From NCBI RefSeq assembly GCF_030013205.1, contig NZ_CP122648.1: a stretch of DNA of 64,000 nucleotides; one strand, written 5' to 3'. The notes beneath the pieces are model-generated. The model was not told the origin of the DNA, did no database searches, and was given only the letters and a program-made list of their open reading frames with translations. Of this stretch, positions 23,565 to 39,018 are shown one piece after another. The stretch is from Escherichia coli (GTDB lineage Bacteria; Pseudomonadota; Gammaproteobacteria; Enterobacterales; Enterobacteriaceae). The translations under genes and the position numbers were made by a program. Numbering within the stretch: position 1 is the first letter of the stretch; each line of letters starts with the position of its first letter.

Positions 23565-24023
23565 TTAGCCATGACTACGTTGCACTTCCAGCCACCACTT
23601 CTCCAGCTCCGCGGCAAAGGCCTGGCGGTCACGTTGTGAAAGACTATCTGGTCCTCCGGTCTGGATCCCACTGGCGCGTAAGGTATCCATAAAATCGCGC
23701 ATCGTCAGACGCTCACGAATGGTCGCTGGAGTGTAACGTTCGCCGCGTGGATTAAGCGCCGCCGCGCCTTTCTCGATGGCTTCAGCAGCCAAAGGAATAT
23801 CTGCGGTGATCACCAAATCGCCCGCTTCACACTGCCGGACAATTTCGTTATCGGCAACGTCGAAACCTGCCGCGACGCGCAGCGTACGAATAAATCGCGA
23901 TGGCGGCACGCGTAAACTCTGGTTTGCTACCAGTACCAGCGGCAACTGCATACGTTCAGCCGCGCGATACAAAATCTCTTTAATTACATTGGGACACGCG
24001 TCGGCATCCACCCAAATTGTCAT
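23565..24023 (-). CDS. yaiI: UPF0178 family protein YaiI
   Basis: 152 aa from internal start [12 protein letters not shown], matching E. coli YaiI; the ORF-track start at 24143 is an upstream extension. Confidence 0.85.
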   Translation of the reverse strand: MTIWVDADACPNVIKEILYRAAERMQLPLVLVANQSLRVPPSRFIRTLRVAAGFDVADNEIVRQCEAGDLVITADIPLAAEAIEKGAAALNPRGERYTPATIRERLTMRDFMDTLRASGIQTGGPDSLSQRDRQAFAAELEKWWLEVQRSHG

Positions 24024-24142
24024 AAAGTCATCCTTTGTTGGGTAATCCTCTATTGTGTCGCGCTTTTGCCTTCCGGCATAGTTCTGTTTATGCTTCTGCC
24101 AGCGATTATCAAAACAATGAATTTCACGGCAGGAGTGAGGCA

Positions 24143-24952
24143 ATGGAAAAGAAAATCGGTTTTATTGGCTGCGGCAATATGGGAAAAGCCATTCTCGGCG
24201 GTCTGATTGCCAGCGGTCAGGTGCTTCCAGGGCAAATCTGGGTATATACCCCCTCCCCGGATAAAGTCGCCGCCCTGCATGACCAGTTCGGCATCAACGC
24301 CGCAGAATCGGCGCAAGAAGTGGCGCAAATCGCCGACATCATTTTTGCCGCCGTTAAACCTGGCATCATGATTAAAGTGCTTAGCGAAATCACCTCCAGC
24401 CTGAATAAAGACTCTCTGGTCGTTTCTATTGCTGCAGGTATCACACTCGACCAGCTTGCCCGCGCGCTGGGCCATGACCGGAAAATTATCCGCGCCATGC
24501 CGAACACTCCCGCGCTGGTTAATGCCGGGATGACCTCCGTAACGCCAAACGCGCTGGTAACCCCAGAAGATACCGCTGATGTGCTGAATATTTTCCGCTG
24601 CTTTGGCGAAGCGGAAGTAATTGCCGAGCCGATGATCCACCCGGTGGTCGGTGTGAGCGGTTCTTCGCCAGCCTACGTCTTTATGTTTATCGAAGCGATG
24701 GCCGACGCTGCCGTGCTGGGCGGGATGCCACGCGCCCAGGCGTATAAATTTGCCGCTCAGGCGGTAATGGGTTCCGCAAAAATGGTGCTGGAAACGGGAG
24801 AACATCCGGGGGCACTGAAAGATATGGTCTGCTCACCGGGAGGCACCACCATTGAGGCGGTACGCGTACTGGAAGAGAAAGGCTTCCGTGCCGCAGTGAT
24901 CGAAGCGATGACGAAGTGTATGGAAAAATCAGAAAAACTCAGTAAATCCTGA
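24143..24952 (+). CDS. proC: pyrroline-5-carboxylate reductase
   Basis: 269 aa from [14 protein letters not shown] (Rossmann motif), matching E. coli ProC; the ORF-track start at 24035 is an upstream extension. Confidence 0.93.
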   Translation: MEKKIGFIGCGNMGKAILGGLIASGQVLPGQIWVYTPSPDKVAALHDQFGINAAESAQEVAQIADIIFAAVKPGIMIKVLSEITSSLNKDSLVVSIAAGITLDQLARALGHDRKIIRAMPNTPALVNAGMTSVTPNALVTPEDTADVLNIFRCFGEAEVIAEPMIHPVVGVSGSSPAYVFMFIEAMADAAVLGGMPRAQAYKFAAQAVMGSAKMVLETGEHPGALKDMVCSPGGTTIEAVRVLEEKGFRAAVIEAMTKCMEKSEKLSKS

Positions 24953-24968
24953 TGACTTTTGCCGGACG

Positions 24969-26084
24969 TCAGGCCGCCACTTCGGTGCGGTTACGTCCGG
25001 CTTTCTTTGCTTTGTAAAGCGCCAAATCTGCCGATTTCAACCACTCACGATAGTGACTCATTTGTGGGTTCAGCGGCGCAACCCCCACACTAATCCGTAA
25101 AGTTACCTGTGGCGTATTCGGCAGACGTAATGTATTTAGCCCTTCATGCACTCGTAACATGGCGGTAATGGCGCTCTCAGCTGGCGTACCGGACATGATT
25201 ACCGCAAACTCATCGCCGCCAAACCGACCAATCACATCGCTACCGCGCAGGGTTATTTGTAATTGTCGGGTAAGCGCCACAATCGCTTCATCGCCCACAT
25301 CATGGCCCCAGGTATCGTTGATGCTCTTGAAATGGTCGATATCGATAATCAGTAATGTCGCATCGCGGTTATGCCGCCGACAGTTATCAAATTCATTGCG
25401 TAACATAGTTTCCCAATGACGTCGGTTATACACGCCCGTCATACCGTCGCGGGTACTCATGACCTGCAACCTGCGTTTATGTTCCGCCAGTTTAGTCGCC
25501 GTCTGGTAGCTGACCCAGCCAAACAGCAGAGGATAAATGACGATAATGGGAAGGGAGAGCCACCATTCCAGCGGCGCACTATTGAACGACACGGTGATGC
25601 CCGTCAGTTCAAGGGTGACAAGACAGGAAACCACCATCAACACCAGACCCGCGACAAACAGACGGGGGCCGCCTGCCCCCATCAAATTCAGACACATAAT
25701 CATCAACATCGCGGTGGAAGGCAGCACGTTTACGCCCATTACGCCTACCCACATTCCCGCTAATACTGCATCGGTTTTTAAGTTGTAAATTTCCCGGCTA
25801 AGCGGATCGACGGCCCTGCTCGCTATCTGCCAGGCTAAATGCGGCCAGACGAACGCCCAGCCGACCAACACCAGCCACCACCAGCCCGGCGGCGGGTGCG
25901 AAACCAGCGTTGAAGCAATCGGTAAGAACATGCCAGCCAGGCCAACCGCGCGGGGTAGTCTGACGCGACGGGCGAAGCGCAGTCCGGATCGCTGATGTTC
26001 GTTTTGAGGAGTTAAAGGAGGTTCCTCCCCATGCGCCGCCGCTTTTTTGAAAAAGTTTTCATCATTCATTATTTTTGGGAACAT
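24969..26084 (-). CDS. dgcC: diguanylate cyclase (GGDEF domain, membrane-anchored)
   Basis: 371 aa with N-terminal membrane segments and C-terminal GGDEF motif (RFGGDEF); matches E. coli AdrA/YaiC. Confidence 0.93.
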   Translation of the reverse strand: MFPKIMNDENFFKKAAAHGEEPPLTPQNEHQRSGLRFARRVRLPRAVGLAGMFLPIASTLVSHPPPGWWWLVLVGWAFVWPHLAWQIASRAVDPLSREIYNLKTDAVLAGMWVGVMGVNVLPSTAMLMIMCLNLMGAGGPRLFVAGLVLMVVSCLVTLELTGITVSFNSAPLEWWLSLPIIVIYPLLFGWVSYQTATKLAEHKRRLQVMSTRDGMTGVYNRRHWETMLRNEFDNCRRHNRDATLLIIDIDHFKSINDTWGHDVGDEAIVALTRQLQITLRGSDVIGRFGGDEFAVIMSGTPAESAITAMLRVHEGLNTLRLPNTPQVTLRISVGVAPLNPQMSHYREWLKSADLALYKAKKAGRNRTEVAA

Positions 26085-26185
26085 TCAGAAACAATTTTCC
26101 CAAATTATAGAGACGGGGCTAAAGGCAGAAGTATGAAATTTCGGGTGAGCCATTTTCGTAGCTCACCCGTTAGCACTATCAGGTA

Positions 26186-26506
26186 TCAGGCGGCTTTCTT
26201 GAGGCAGGCGCTCATAAACTTATTACGATCATCACCTTTCAGAGATTGTTGCGTTGCTTGATTATTACATTCGCGCATCTTTTGCTGCTGTGGCGTCAAA
26301 CTTTTTTCACCAGGCGCAGACTTGCTGTTCTTCAGGCAATCACTCATGTAGGTCTTACGAGCATCCCCTTTCAACGCCTGCGCCGTCGCCTGCTGATTAC
26401 AGGAGGTCATACGCTGTTGTTGCGGGGTTAAGGTTCTCTCGGCAGCGCCGACGGTGGTTAAAAAAACCAGACCGAAAAGCAAGGTAACCAGTAATGTTAT
26501 TTTCAT
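26186..26506 (-). CDS. psiF: phosphate starvation-inducible protein PsiF
   Basis: 106 aa from MKITLLVTLLFGLVFLT (signal peptide), matching E. coli PsiF; immediately downstream of phoA. Confidence 0.88.
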   Translation of the reverse strand: MKITLLVTLLFGLVFLTTVGAAERTLTPQQQRMTSCNQQATAQALKGDARKTYMSDCLKNSKSAPGEKSLTPQQQKMRECNNQATQQSLKGDDRNKFMSACLKKAA

Positions 26507-26581
26507 AGCACCATCCCTCTTCATGTTTTAACCATGAGCGTGTGCGCCCGTGATCTGCCATTAAGTCTGGTTGCTAACAGC

Positions 26582-26620
26582 AAAAAAACCACCCGGCAGC
26601 GAAAATTCACTGCCGGGCAC
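26582..26620 (-). terminator. putative rho-independent terminator after phoA
   Basis: Minus-strand hairpin cccggcagtgaattttcgctgccggg followed by a T-run (tggttttttt), directly 3' of the phoA stop. Confidence 0.6.
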
Positions 26621-26624
26621 GGTT

Positions 26625-28040
26625 TTATTTCAGCCCCAGGGCGGCTTTCATGGTGTAGAAGAGATCGGTCTGGTCGGTCAGTCCAACGACATTGGCGGCA
26701 TGTGGGCCATACGCTGCAATACGCAACTGACTGCCGGTATGTTCTTGTGAATCCTCTTCGGAGTTCCCGTAACTCATCACCATCACTGCGCCATCTTTGG
26801 TATTTAGTGCCTGGGTGAGGCCCGGCGCTTTGGTGTCCGGCGCGACAATCTGGCTGGCGTGGGCGTGATCAGCGGTGACTATGACCAGCGTGTTGCCATC
26901 CTTTTTAGCGAATTCCAGCGCACGTTGTACGGCTTCATCGAGATCGACCGTCTCGCCAATTTGCCCACAAGGATTCGCAGCGTGATCCTGTTTATCGATG
27001 GATGCACCTTCAACTTGCAGGAAAAAGCCTTTCTCATTTTTACTCAACAATTCAATGGCTTTGTCGGTCATCTGCGCCAGGGTCGGTACGCTGTCATTAC
27101 GTTGCGGATTAGGCGTACAGGTAACTGCGGGCTTGTCGATATTGCCGTGGTACGTTGCTTTCGGTCCTTGCCAGCGCACTGGCATATTGCCGTCAGCAAA
27201 CAGTCCTAGCAGGGGTTTTTGCTGGTTCGCTTCCGTCACCGCATTCAGTGAGGCAGCATCGCTCACCAACTGATAACCACGCGCCTGTGCCTGTTCACGC
27301 AGCGTTTTTCCCTGCCATTCACCGGCGGTTACCGTTTCAGCAAAGGTTTTTGCGCCGCCGCCAAGCGTAACATCGGCACGAGCGTTAAGCAGTTGTTCGG
27401 TAATCGATCCTCTCCCGCCTTTTTCTAGCGCGTTACCCGGACATTTTTCACTGGTCGCGCTGGGACCGTAGCATTTGCGCGAGGTCACATGCGCCACCAG
27501 CGCAGCGGGCGTGGCATCCTGCAACTCTGCGGTAGAAACGTTACCGGTCGCCAGACCTGCGGCTTTTGCCATTTCCAGAATCGTTGGGTGATCTTTTTCG
27601 TGAATATCGACGCCCAGCGCGCCGTTATAGGTTTTGACACCAGTTGACCAGGCGGTTGCTGATGCAGCCGAGTCGGTGACGTAGTCCGGTTTACCGGTTT
27701 TTTTATTCAGCGCATAGTGAGTGTATTGCCCGGTAAGCGGTAATGCATCGATACCTTTAAAAAAGCCGCCCGCACCTTCGGCATAATTGCGTGCAGCAGT
27801 AATTTCCGAGTCCCCCATCCCATCGCCAATCAGCAAAATAATATTTTTGGCGGGTTTATCGCTAAGAGAATCACGCAGAGCGGCGGTCTGATCACCCGTT
27901 AAGCGGCGAGCACCGCCGGGTGCAGTAATATCTCCCTGAGCAGCCCGGTTTTCCAGAACAGGCATTTCTGGTGTCCGGGCTTTTGTCACAGGGGTAAACA
28001 GTAACGGTAAGAGTGCCAGTGCAATAGTGCTTTGTTTCAC
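26625..28040 (-). CDS. phoA: alkaline phosphatase
   Basis: 471-aa precursor from GTG start ([21 protein letters not shown] signal peptide) with active-site region DSAASATAW; the ORF-track start at 28082 is an upstream extension. Confidence 0.95.
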   Translation of the reverse strand: MKQSTIALALLPLLFTPVTKARTPEMPVLENRAAQGDITAPGGARRLTGDQTAALRDSLSDKPAKNIILLIGDGMGDSEITAARNYAEGAGGFFKGIDALPLTGQYTHYALNKKTGKPDYVTDSAASATAWSTGVKTYNGALGVDIHEKDHPTILEMAKAAGLATGNVSTAELQDATPAALVAHVTSRKCYGPSATSEKCPGNALEKGGRGSITEQLLNARADVTLGGGAKTFAETVTAGEWQGKTLREQAQARGYQLVSDAASLNAVTEANQQKPLLGLFADGNMPVRWQGPKATYHGNIDKPAVTCTPNPQRNDSVPTLAQMTDKAIELLSKNEKGFFLQVEGASIDKQDHAANPCGQIGETVDLDEAVQRALEFAKKDGNTLVIVTADHAHASQIVAPDTKAPGLTQALNTKDGAVMVMSYGNSEEDSQEHTGSQLRIAAYGPHAANVVGLTDQTDLFYTMKAALGLK

Positions 28041-28102
28041 TTTATTTTCTCCATGTACAAATACATTAAAAAATAAAAACAAAGCGACTATAAGTCTGGG
28101 CC

Positions 28103-28120
28103 GTGACAGCTTTATGACAG
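28103..28120 (-). promoter_or_regulatory. Pho box of the phoA promoter
   Basis: Minus-strand ctgtcataaagctgtcac matches the Pho box consensus CTGTCATA(A/T)A(T/A)CTGTCA(C/T), ~65-80 bp upstream of the phoA start. Confidence 0.8.
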
Positions 28121-28140
28121 CTGTTGAAAAGATTAACTTT

Positions 28141-28401
28141 TTACTGACGAGGATGCTTCAATAACTTCTTTACATAATTGCGCAGCAGCTCCGTATCGTC
28201 GTCAGGAATGCTGGCATCGGGCTTTACCTCGTACAGCGCCCCCTCTACCTGATCAATCAACCTTTGTTGGTCATTTTGCGCCATATTGCGAAGCATTGCA
28301 GTGACGATAATCTCCAAAGCTTCTACCTGCGCGCACAGTTCTTTCGACTCTTCTTCTTTTTGGGCAAGCTTAAATAACAACTCAGCAATGAGATTTTTCA
28401 T
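28141..28401 (-). CDS. iraP: anti-adaptor protein IraP (RpoS stabiliser)
   Basis: 86-aa match to E. coli IraP/YaiB, directly upstream of phoA. Confidence 0.88.
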   Translation of the reverse strand: MKNLIAELLFKLAQKEEESKELCAQVEALEIIVTAMLRNMAQNDQQRLIDQVEGALYEVKPDASIPDDDTELLRNYVKKLLKHPRQ

Positions 28402-28863
28402 GTCTGTATTTCCTTATCCAAAGTATGGAGAAGTTAACATTATGTTTCACAACTTCATAGTGTCTGGAAGTATTATTTTTATGACAAAGGAAATACTTTG
28501 CGCAAATATTTTTTGTTTGATTACCAGCGAAACGTTTCTCTTATTTTAATAATTACCCACACAAAATATAGGCTTTTAATTATCAACCTTTATTATAAAT
28601 AAAAGTTATGAAATATATTCTCTTCGTTAACTTATAATTAAGAGAAAAAAACTCACTGCATGGCCATACAAGCCAGGAATAAATTAGCTTCCCGTTCATC
28701 ATTTTTGTGATCTTGCGCACATCATTGAGATAACGCACTTTCTTCACCAGTACGTTGCACGCTTTGTCAGCAGAAGATTGCAACATTCTGTCAGAAGGCC
28801 GCGAATCCCCCGTTTTGTCGTGGTAATGTATGCACTTTGTGTTAGACGGGATAGGTTTTTAAG

Positions 28864-29958
28864 ATGGAAAAACTGCGGGTAGGAATCGTTTTTGGTGGTA
28901 AATCAGCGGAACATGAAGTGTCTCTGCAATCGGCAAAAAACATTGTCGATGCCATTGATAAAAGTCGCTTCGACGTTGTGCTGCTGGGCATTGATAAACA
29001 AGGGCAATGGCACGTCAGCGATGCCAGCAATTATCTGCTAAATGCAGACGATCCTGCCCATATTGCGTTGCGCCCTTCGGCGACCAGCCTTGCGCAGGTG
29101 CCTGGTAAACATGAACATCAGCTTATCGACGCGCAAAACGGTCAGCCGTTGCCGACGGTGGATGTCATTTTCCCGATTGTCCACGGTACGCTGGGCGAAG
29201 ATGGTTCCTTGCAGGGAATGCTGCGGGTCGCCAATTTACCGTTTGTAGGTTCTGATGTTCTGGCTTCAGCGGCCTGTATGGATAAAGATGTCACCAAACG
29301 TCTGCTGCGCGATGCCGGGCTGAACATTGCGCCATTTATTACCCTGACGCGCGCTAATCGTCACAACATCAGTTTTGCCGAAGTGGAGTCTAAACTGGGG
29401 TTACCGCTGTTTGTAAAACCGGCTAATCAGGGCTCTTCTGTTGGTGTCAGCAAAGTAACCAGTGAAGAACAGTACGCAATTGCCGTCGATCTGGCGTTCG
29501 AGTTCGACCATAAAGTGATCGTTGAGCAAAGGATCAAAGGTCGTGAGATCGAATGCGCAGTTCTGGGCAACGACAATCCGCAAGCCAGCACCTGTGGCGA
29601 GATCGTACTCACCAGCGATTTTTATGCCTACGACACCAAGTACATTGACGAAGATGGCACGAAAGTGGTAGTTCCGGCAGCCATTGCGCCAGAAATCAAC
29701 GATAAGATCCGGGCGATTGCCGTTCAGGCTTATCAGACGTTGGGATGCGCAGGCATGGCGCGTGTAGACGTGTTTTTAACCCCAGAGAACGAAGTGGTGA
29801 TCAACGAGATCAACACACTGCCTGGCTTCACCAACATCAGTATGTATCCGAAGCTGTGGCAAGCCAGCGGTCTGGGTTACACCGACCTGATCACCCGTTT
29901 GATTGAGCTGGCGCTGGAGCGTCACGCTGCGGATAACGCATTGAAAACCACAATGTAA
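28864..29958 (+). CDS. ddlA: D-alanine--D-alanine ligase A
   Basis: 364-aa match to E. coli DdlA (ATP-grasp fold). Confidence 0.95.
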   Translation: MEKLRVGIVFGGKSAEHEVSLQSAKNIVDAIDKSRFDVVLLGIDKQGQWHVSDASNYLLNADDPAHIALRPSATSLAQVPGKHEHQLIDAQNGQPLPTVDVIFPIVHGTLGEDGSLQGMLRVANLPFVGSDVLASAACMDKDVTKRLLRDAGLNIAPFITLTRANRHNISFAEVESKLGLPLFVKPANQGSSVGVSKVTSEEQYAIAVDLAFEFDHKVIVEQRIKGREIECAVLGNDNPQASTCGEIVLTSDFYAYDTKYIDEDGTKVVVPAAIAPEINDKIRAIAVQAYQTLGCAGMARVDVFLTPENEVVINEINTLPGFTNISMYPKLWQASGLGYTDLITRLIELALERHAADNALKTTM

Positions 29959-30014
29959 TTTTTAAATGCCTGATAACTTTTATTGGGCATTTAAGACTGA
30001 TGGCAAACGTAAGA

Positions 30015-30125
30015 TTGCCTGATGCGCTTTGCTTATCAGGCCTACCAGATAATTGCAATATACTGATTTTGCATGATTTTGTAGGCAGGGTAAGGCGTTC
30101 GCGCCGCATCCGGCAAAAACAACGA
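30015..30125. repeat. REP/BIME palindromic units
   Basis: attgcctgatgcgctttgcttatcaggcctac and tgtaggcagggtaaggcgttcgcgccgcatccggca in opposite orientation between ddlA and yaiZ. Confidence 0.65.
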
Positions 30126-30160
30126 GCACTTTGTCAGCCCCCAGAACGCCCAATCCTCTG

Positions 30161-30373
30161 TTATTGGGCGTTTTCAGTTTCTTCATCGCGACGACGAATA
30201 ATCAGCCCCGCCAGCCAGAAACTAATCACCCACGTCACCAGACCGACGGCATAGGTCTGCCAACCTTTTGCTTCAAATCCCAGTAACCCCACCACGCCAT
30301 TAAGAATGAATATAAGGCCAATGGCGAACGCATAGTAGTGCCAGTCACGGCGGATTTTTACAGGCAAGTTCAT
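30161..30373 (-). CDS. yaiZ: small membrane protein YaiZ
   Basis: 70 aa from MNLPVKIRRDWHYYAFAIGLIFIL, matching E. coli YaiZ; the ORF-track start at 30505 is an upstream extension. Confidence 0.8.
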   Translation of the reverse strand: MNLPVKIRRDWHYYAFAIGLIFILNGVVGLLGFEAKGWQTYAVGLVTWVISFWLAGLIIRRRDEETENAQ

Positions 30374-30632
30374 GGCAGCTCCGTTAACGAAAAACAACAT
30401 CCTTGCATATTCTGCAACATCCGTCTGTGGCGTAGACAACATTTCCGTAATTGTTAATAAATTTAACTTAAGGTTGTCATTTTGTGACTTATGACGAAGA
30501 TTCACGCTTCGGGAATATTCCCAACATCAATTTACCATGATTCTGATATTGACAATCTTAATGACCTGTCAGACTTGCCATAAGCCGCTGGTATCACACC
30601 AGAAGAGAAGCAGATGACTTCCGGAGGTTTTT

Positions 30633-30941
30633 ATGGCTGATTTCACCCTGTCAAAATCGCTGTTTAGCGGAAAATATCGCAATGCCTCTTCAACGCCTGG
30701 CAATATTGCCTATGCGTTGTTTGTGCTGTTTTGCTTTTGGGCTGGGGCGCAATTGCTGAACCTGCTAGTGCATGCGCCCGGCGTCTATGAGCGTTTAATG
30801 CAGGTCCAGGAAACAGGTCGCCCACGGGTGGAAATTGGTTTAGGTGTCGGCACCATTTTCGGGCTGATCCCGTTTTTAGTTGGCTGCCTCATTTTTGCAG
30901 TAGTGGCGCTATGGCTGCACTGGCGACATCGCCGCCAGTAA
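30633..30941 (+). CDS. yaiY: inner membrane protein YaiY
   Basis: 102-aa ORF with two hydrophobic segments, matching E. coli YaiY. Confidence 0.85.
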
Positions 30942-30998
30942 GATTTGCTTGCCAGATAGGACCTAAAACGCTTTATCTGGCATGACATTCCTGTTTGA

Positions 30999-32093
30999 TC
31001 ACTGTTTCATACAACGCGCCCGCCGTTCGTCTACGCGCTTCGCAAACCAGGCCGTAGTCAGGTTGCGGGTGATTTTCGGGCTTTCCAGTTGAATGCCAGG
31101 CAACATTTCGCGGGGTAGTGATTTACCCGTTTTCGCTTCGGCAAGTTGATAAACTTTCTTGTACAGCGCCGTCTCCTCAAAAGAGAAGCTGTCGCCTTTC
31201 TCTAACTGGCGGCGAATTTCACTGTCACTCATCCCCAGTTTTCCCGCCAGTTTGCGCGTTGCCAGTTCGGTTTTCCCGGGCTCTTTACTGTCGTAACGAA
31301 TTAAATCACCGTCCAGTGCCAGCTTCACGCCGCTGGCTTTACTGACCGCGTTCTGAAACGCGGCATTACGGCTGGCGTACCAGCCAGCGTTAAAATCAGC
31401 AAAACGGTATATCGGCGCGCTATAGCTGGCGGGATAATTCAGTAAATGGTAAGTACCAAACCACAACCCGCCGCGACGACTGAAGACTTCCTGACGGACT
31501 GTACCGTCCATTTTCCACGGATACCCTTTGGTATGCTGTTCGGCAAAGGCAATGCTGACCTGCATCGGCCCACCGGTGCGCACCGGATTAAGCGAACCAA
31601 ACAACGTCTGCCCCATTGGCACCATGCTGATCAGATCGTCAAAAATCGCGCTCAATTGCTTTTCTGTACGCACCGAATCTAACCGTTCGCTATAGCTTTT
31701 GCCGTTTGGCGATTTGATTTTTAGCGCGGTATGCACCAGAAAAGCAGGAATGTGCATCCGTTCAGCACGACGGTCAATCTCTTGCCAGGCGATCTTGCTT
31801 AAGCCCGGAACGGCCGGATCTGCCTGATAATTTGACTCCTGCTGCGCCACCGCCAGCACCGAGCAGACGTTTTCCAGCGTCGGTGCCAGCCCCTGACTTT
31901 CAAACGTGGTGGCGAGATCTTTCGCCCAGGCATCGCGGTCTTTCACGCTCGCAGGCATCTTCTGCCGCACGACGCTCGCCACATCTATCGCTTTTTCGCC
32001 CTTTTTCAACGGTTGCGGAGCCTGACTACTACACCCCGCTAAAACCAGAACCGCCAACAATGACAGCGAAGATAGATGATTGACGCGCGACAT
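30999..32093 (-). CDS. yaiW: surface-exposed outer membrane lipoprotein YaiW
   Basis: 364 aa with lipoprotein signal and lipobox (LAGCSS); matches E. coli YaiW and lies in an operon with sbmA. Confidence 0.9.
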   Translation of the reverse strand: MSRVNHLSSLSLLAVLVLAGCSSQAPQPLKKGEKAIDVASVVRQKMPASVKDRDAWAKDLATTFESQGLAPTLENVCSVLAVAQQESNYQADPAVPGLSKIAWQEIDRRAERMHIPAFLVHTALKIKSPNGKSYSERLDSVRTEKQLSAIFDDLISMVPMGQTLFGSLNPVRTGGPMQVSIAFAEQHTKGYPWKMDGTVRQEVFSRRGGLWFGTYHLLNYPASYSAPIYRFADFNAGWYASRNAAFQNAVSKASGVKLALDGDLIRYDSKEPGKTELATRKLAGKLGMSDSEIRRQLEKGDSFSFEETALYKKVYQLAEAKTGKSLPREMLPGIQLESPKITRNLTTAWFAKRVDERRARCMKQ

Positions 32094-32105
32094 TACTTCT
32101 CCTTT

Positions 32106-33326
32106 TTAGCTCAAGGTATGGGTTACTTCCTGAATTTTGTCACCATCCAGCTCATGTTCAAAGCTGCGCAGACGTTTGTAGATAGACATCAACTCAACCA
32201 GTGTGGTCCATGAGTTAATCAGGTACTGGAAAGCTCCGCGAACCTGACCAAAAACGTTGGTAATCTGCGTCATCAGGCCGAGCGTAATCGTACCGGCAAC
32301 AATTGACGGAAACAGCAAGAACAAACCGAAAACGTTATCGACCTGCAAATAGAGAATGCGGGCGATGTTGAAATACATATAGTGAAAATAGAGGCGGAAA
32401 TAGTTTTTCCGTACGGCGCTAAACAGCTCGCGTACCGTAGGCGGCGTCGCGCGCGTGGCATCGTCTTCACCATAAACCAGCTCTTTACGGTAGGCAGCCT
32501 CTACACGCTGGTTTTTAAACTCCAGCCCCGGCAGTTTGATCCCTACCACTGCCAGTAATCCGGTCCCCATCAGCGACCAGACGATAGCGGCAATCACCAG
32601 ACCATACGGAATGTGCCCGACAATCGGCAGCTCCGGCACATGCGCGGAGAGCGTGACCAGCACCGGCAGGAAGGCGATCAACGTCATGATGGCGTTGATA
32701 AAACTGACGCCCATATTCTCCAGCGTTGAAGCAAAACGCATGGTGTCTTCCTGCACACGTTGGGCGGCACCTTCGATATGACGAAGTTGTTGCCAGTTCG
32801 CCATGTAATATTCGTTCATCGCTGTACGCCAGCGGAACACGTAGTGACTGACAAAGAAGTTGTTCAGCACACTGATCACCACCGCGATCAGCGCAATCCC
32901 CAGAAAGACGCCCACTTCGCGGTAAAATTGTTCGATGGTGACTTTATGCGGCGAACTTAGCGCAGTTTGAATCAGATCATAGAACGGCGCATACCAGGCG
33001 TTGACGGCGACCCCGACTTCCACCAAAAACCAGGTGACGAAGATGATCAGTGCAGTACCGAGTATTGACCAGTATTGCCAACGATGCGGGCTGTAGATAA
33101 ACCAGAACAATGCAAAAAGTCCTACGCAAACAATGTAGTAAGCGTAAAAAACCAGGAAATCCAACGACCAGAAACGCGCGGCGCTAATCGGGATCTGCCC
33201 GGAAGCTCCGGTGATACGCGCCACCCAGTCCCCCCCACCGGCTTGCCAGAAGATAACGGCAATCAATGCCCAAACAAAGGCCGAGAGAAAAAACGGTCCC
33301 GGCTTTGGGAAAAAAGACTTAAACAT
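32106..33326 (-). CDS. sbmA: peptide antibiotic/microcin transporter SbmA
   Basis: 406 aa from [17 protein letters not shown], matching E. coli SbmA; the ORF-track start at 33332 is two codons upstream. Confidence 0.93.
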   Translation of the reverse strand: MFKSFFPKPGPFFLSAFVWALIAVIFWQAGGGDWVARITGASGQIPISAARFWSLDFLVFYAYYIVCVGLFALFWFIYSPHRWQYWSILGTALIIFVTWFLVEVGVAVNAWYAPFYDLIQTALSSPHKVTIEQFYREVGVFLGIALIAVVISVLNNFFVSHYVFRWRTAMNEYYMANWQQLRHIEGAAQRVQEDTMRFASTLENMGVSFINAIMTLIAFLPVLVTLSAHVPELPIVGHIPYGLVIAAIVWSLMGTGLLAVVGIKLPGLEFKNQRVEAAYRKELVYGEDDATRATPPTVRELFSAVRKNYFRLYFHYMYFNIARILYLQVDNVFGLFLLFPSIVAGTITLGLMTQITNVFGQVRGAFQYLINSWTTLVELMSIYKRLRSFEHELDGDKIQEVTHTLS

Positions 33327-33677
33327 ATGCACTCCTGCTAACTTCTTATCGTTTTAACAACTGCTGTGTATTAACCGCATGACCGCTACAAAGCGTCAGC
33401 CAAATGAAACCGACCATTGTGACCCATAGCAAGGCGCTTAGTTCGCCAGCCTGAGCATAAGAATTGTTTCGACGGATTTCACAAACCAAAGATTGTTTAC
33501 ATAAGCGGATTAACACGCGCAGGATCACAAATGCAGGCATTAGTGAGCAGGAAAAAGATCGTGTTTACGCGCCGTTACGTTTTTAACACTATTATTGCAC
33601 TAATTCGCCCTTTGCAATCCATCAATGAGTAGTATAAATACGCTCAGTTACCTTCATTCAATCTATGGACACCACCG

Positions 33678-34835
33678 TTGAAACGTTGTCTGCTTTTTTC
33701 TGCCGTGCTGTGTGCGGCGTCATTGACCTCCGTCCATGCGGCGCAGCCGATCACTGAACCGGAGTTCGCCTCTGATATTGTCGATCGTTATGCCGATCAT
33801 ATTTTTTACGGCAGCGGTGCCACGGGGATGGCGCTGGTTGTTATCGACGGTAACCAGCGCGTCTTTCGCAGTTATGGCGAAACGCGACCTGGTAATAACG
33901 TTCGCCCGCAGCTGGATTCGGTCATACGTATTGCTTCCCTCACCAAGCTAATGACCAGTGAGATGCTGGTGAAATTGCTCGACCAGGGAACCGTGAAGTT
34001 AAACGATCCGCTAAGTAAATATGCTCCGCCAGGCGCACGCGTACCGACTTACAATGGGACGCCCATTACGCTGGTGAATCTGGCAACCCATACCAGCGCC
34101 CTGCCCCGTGAACAGCCCGGTGGCGCGGCACATCGTCCGGTATTTGTCTGGCCAACGCGCGAGCAACGCTGGAAATACCTTTCTACGGCGAAGCTGAAAG
34201 CCGCGCCAGGCAGTCAGGCGGCGTACTCTAACCTTGCGTTCGACCTGCTGGCAGATGCACTGGCGAATGCGTCCGGCAAGCCTTATACCCAGTTGTTTGA
34301 AGAGCAGATTACCCGTCCATTGGGGATGAAAGACACCACCTACACTCCCTCACCGGATCAGTGCCGCCGTTTAATGGTTGCTGAGCGCGGTGCCAGTCCG
34401 TGCAATAACACGCTGGCGGCAATTGGCAGCGGCGGCGTCTATTCCACGCCTGGCGATATGATGCGCTGGATGCAGCAGTATTTGTCATCTGATTTTTATC
34501 AGCGCAGTAACCAGGCTGATCGCATGCAGACGTTGATTTATCAGCGTGCGCAGTTTACAAAAGTGATTGGCATGGATGTCCCCGGCAAAGCGGATGCGCT
34601 TGGTTTAGGCTGGGTATATATGGCCCCGAAAGAGGGTCGTCCGGGGATTATTCAGAAGACAGGTGGTGGTGGCGGTTTCATTACCTATATGGCGATGATC
34701 CCGCAGAAGAATATTGGCGCGTTTGTGGTGGTCACTCGTTCGCCGTTGACGCGCTTTAAAAATATGAGCGATGGCATCAATGACCTGGTGACCGAGCTAA
34801 GCGGGAATAAACCGTTGGTTATCCCCGCATCCTGA
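33678..34835 (+). CDS. ampH: D-alanyl-D-alanine carboxypeptidase/endopeptidase AmpH
   Basis: 385 aa with signal peptide and serine beta-lactamase-like motif SLTK; matches E. coli AmpH. Confidence 0.93.
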   Translation: MKRCLLFSAVLCAASLTSVHAAQPITEPEFASDIVDRYADHIFYGSGATGMALVVIDGNQRVFRSYGETRPGNNVRPQLDSVIRIASLTKLMTSEMLVKLLDQGTVKLNDPLSKYAPPGARVPTYNGTPITLVNLATHTSALPREQPGGAAHRPVFVWPTREQRWKYLSTAKLKAAPGSQAAYSNLAFDLLADALANASGKPYTQLFEEQITRPLGMKDTTYTPSPDQCRRLMVAERGASPCNNTLAAIGSGGVYSTPGDMMRWMQQYLSSDFYQRSNQADRMQTLIYQRAQFTKVIGMDVPGKADALGLGWVYMAPKEGRPGIIQKTGGGGGFITYMAMIPQKNIGAFVVVTRSPLTRFKNMSDGINDLVTELSGNKPLVIPAS

Positions 34836-35518
<683 letters not shown>

Positions 35519-35532
35519 AACCTATTTCTTCA

Positions 35533-38493
<2,961 letters not shown>

Positions 38494-39018
38494 TTGTCAT
38501 CCCTCCTCAGGGACGTAATAAGTTGATCCATCAATTATCAATGCATAGAAAACATATTATGTTTCGCGTTGACGATTATGCGGCGTTATAGAGGAATGGT
38601 TCAATTATTCTTTCCCCTAAGTCCGATTGCGGACATATATAAAGCACGTGAACACACACACAGAAAGAAATAACAAAAACACAATATTTCAATACGTTAA
38701 TGAAAGCGTTAATTTTAAAACATAGACCATGAAAATATAAAACAACTAAAACAGACAAATAATGTATCAATAAACAATGAACTTTAAGTTATTCACTTTT
38801 TGAAAATGTCACCAAATCCCCAAAAACAATAATCTATGGATATAAATAAAAATTAAAAATATTTTCAGTGAATATAAAATTATTGCTGTTTCTATTACAA
38901 AGATGTTCTGGCCTCTCTTTCATTCTCTTCTTGTCAACATCGCGACAACTTTCGTAAAACATCCCCACCCTGCTTCAGGTATACTATGCCCCTCGATTCC
39001 ACAAACATCAGGCAGACC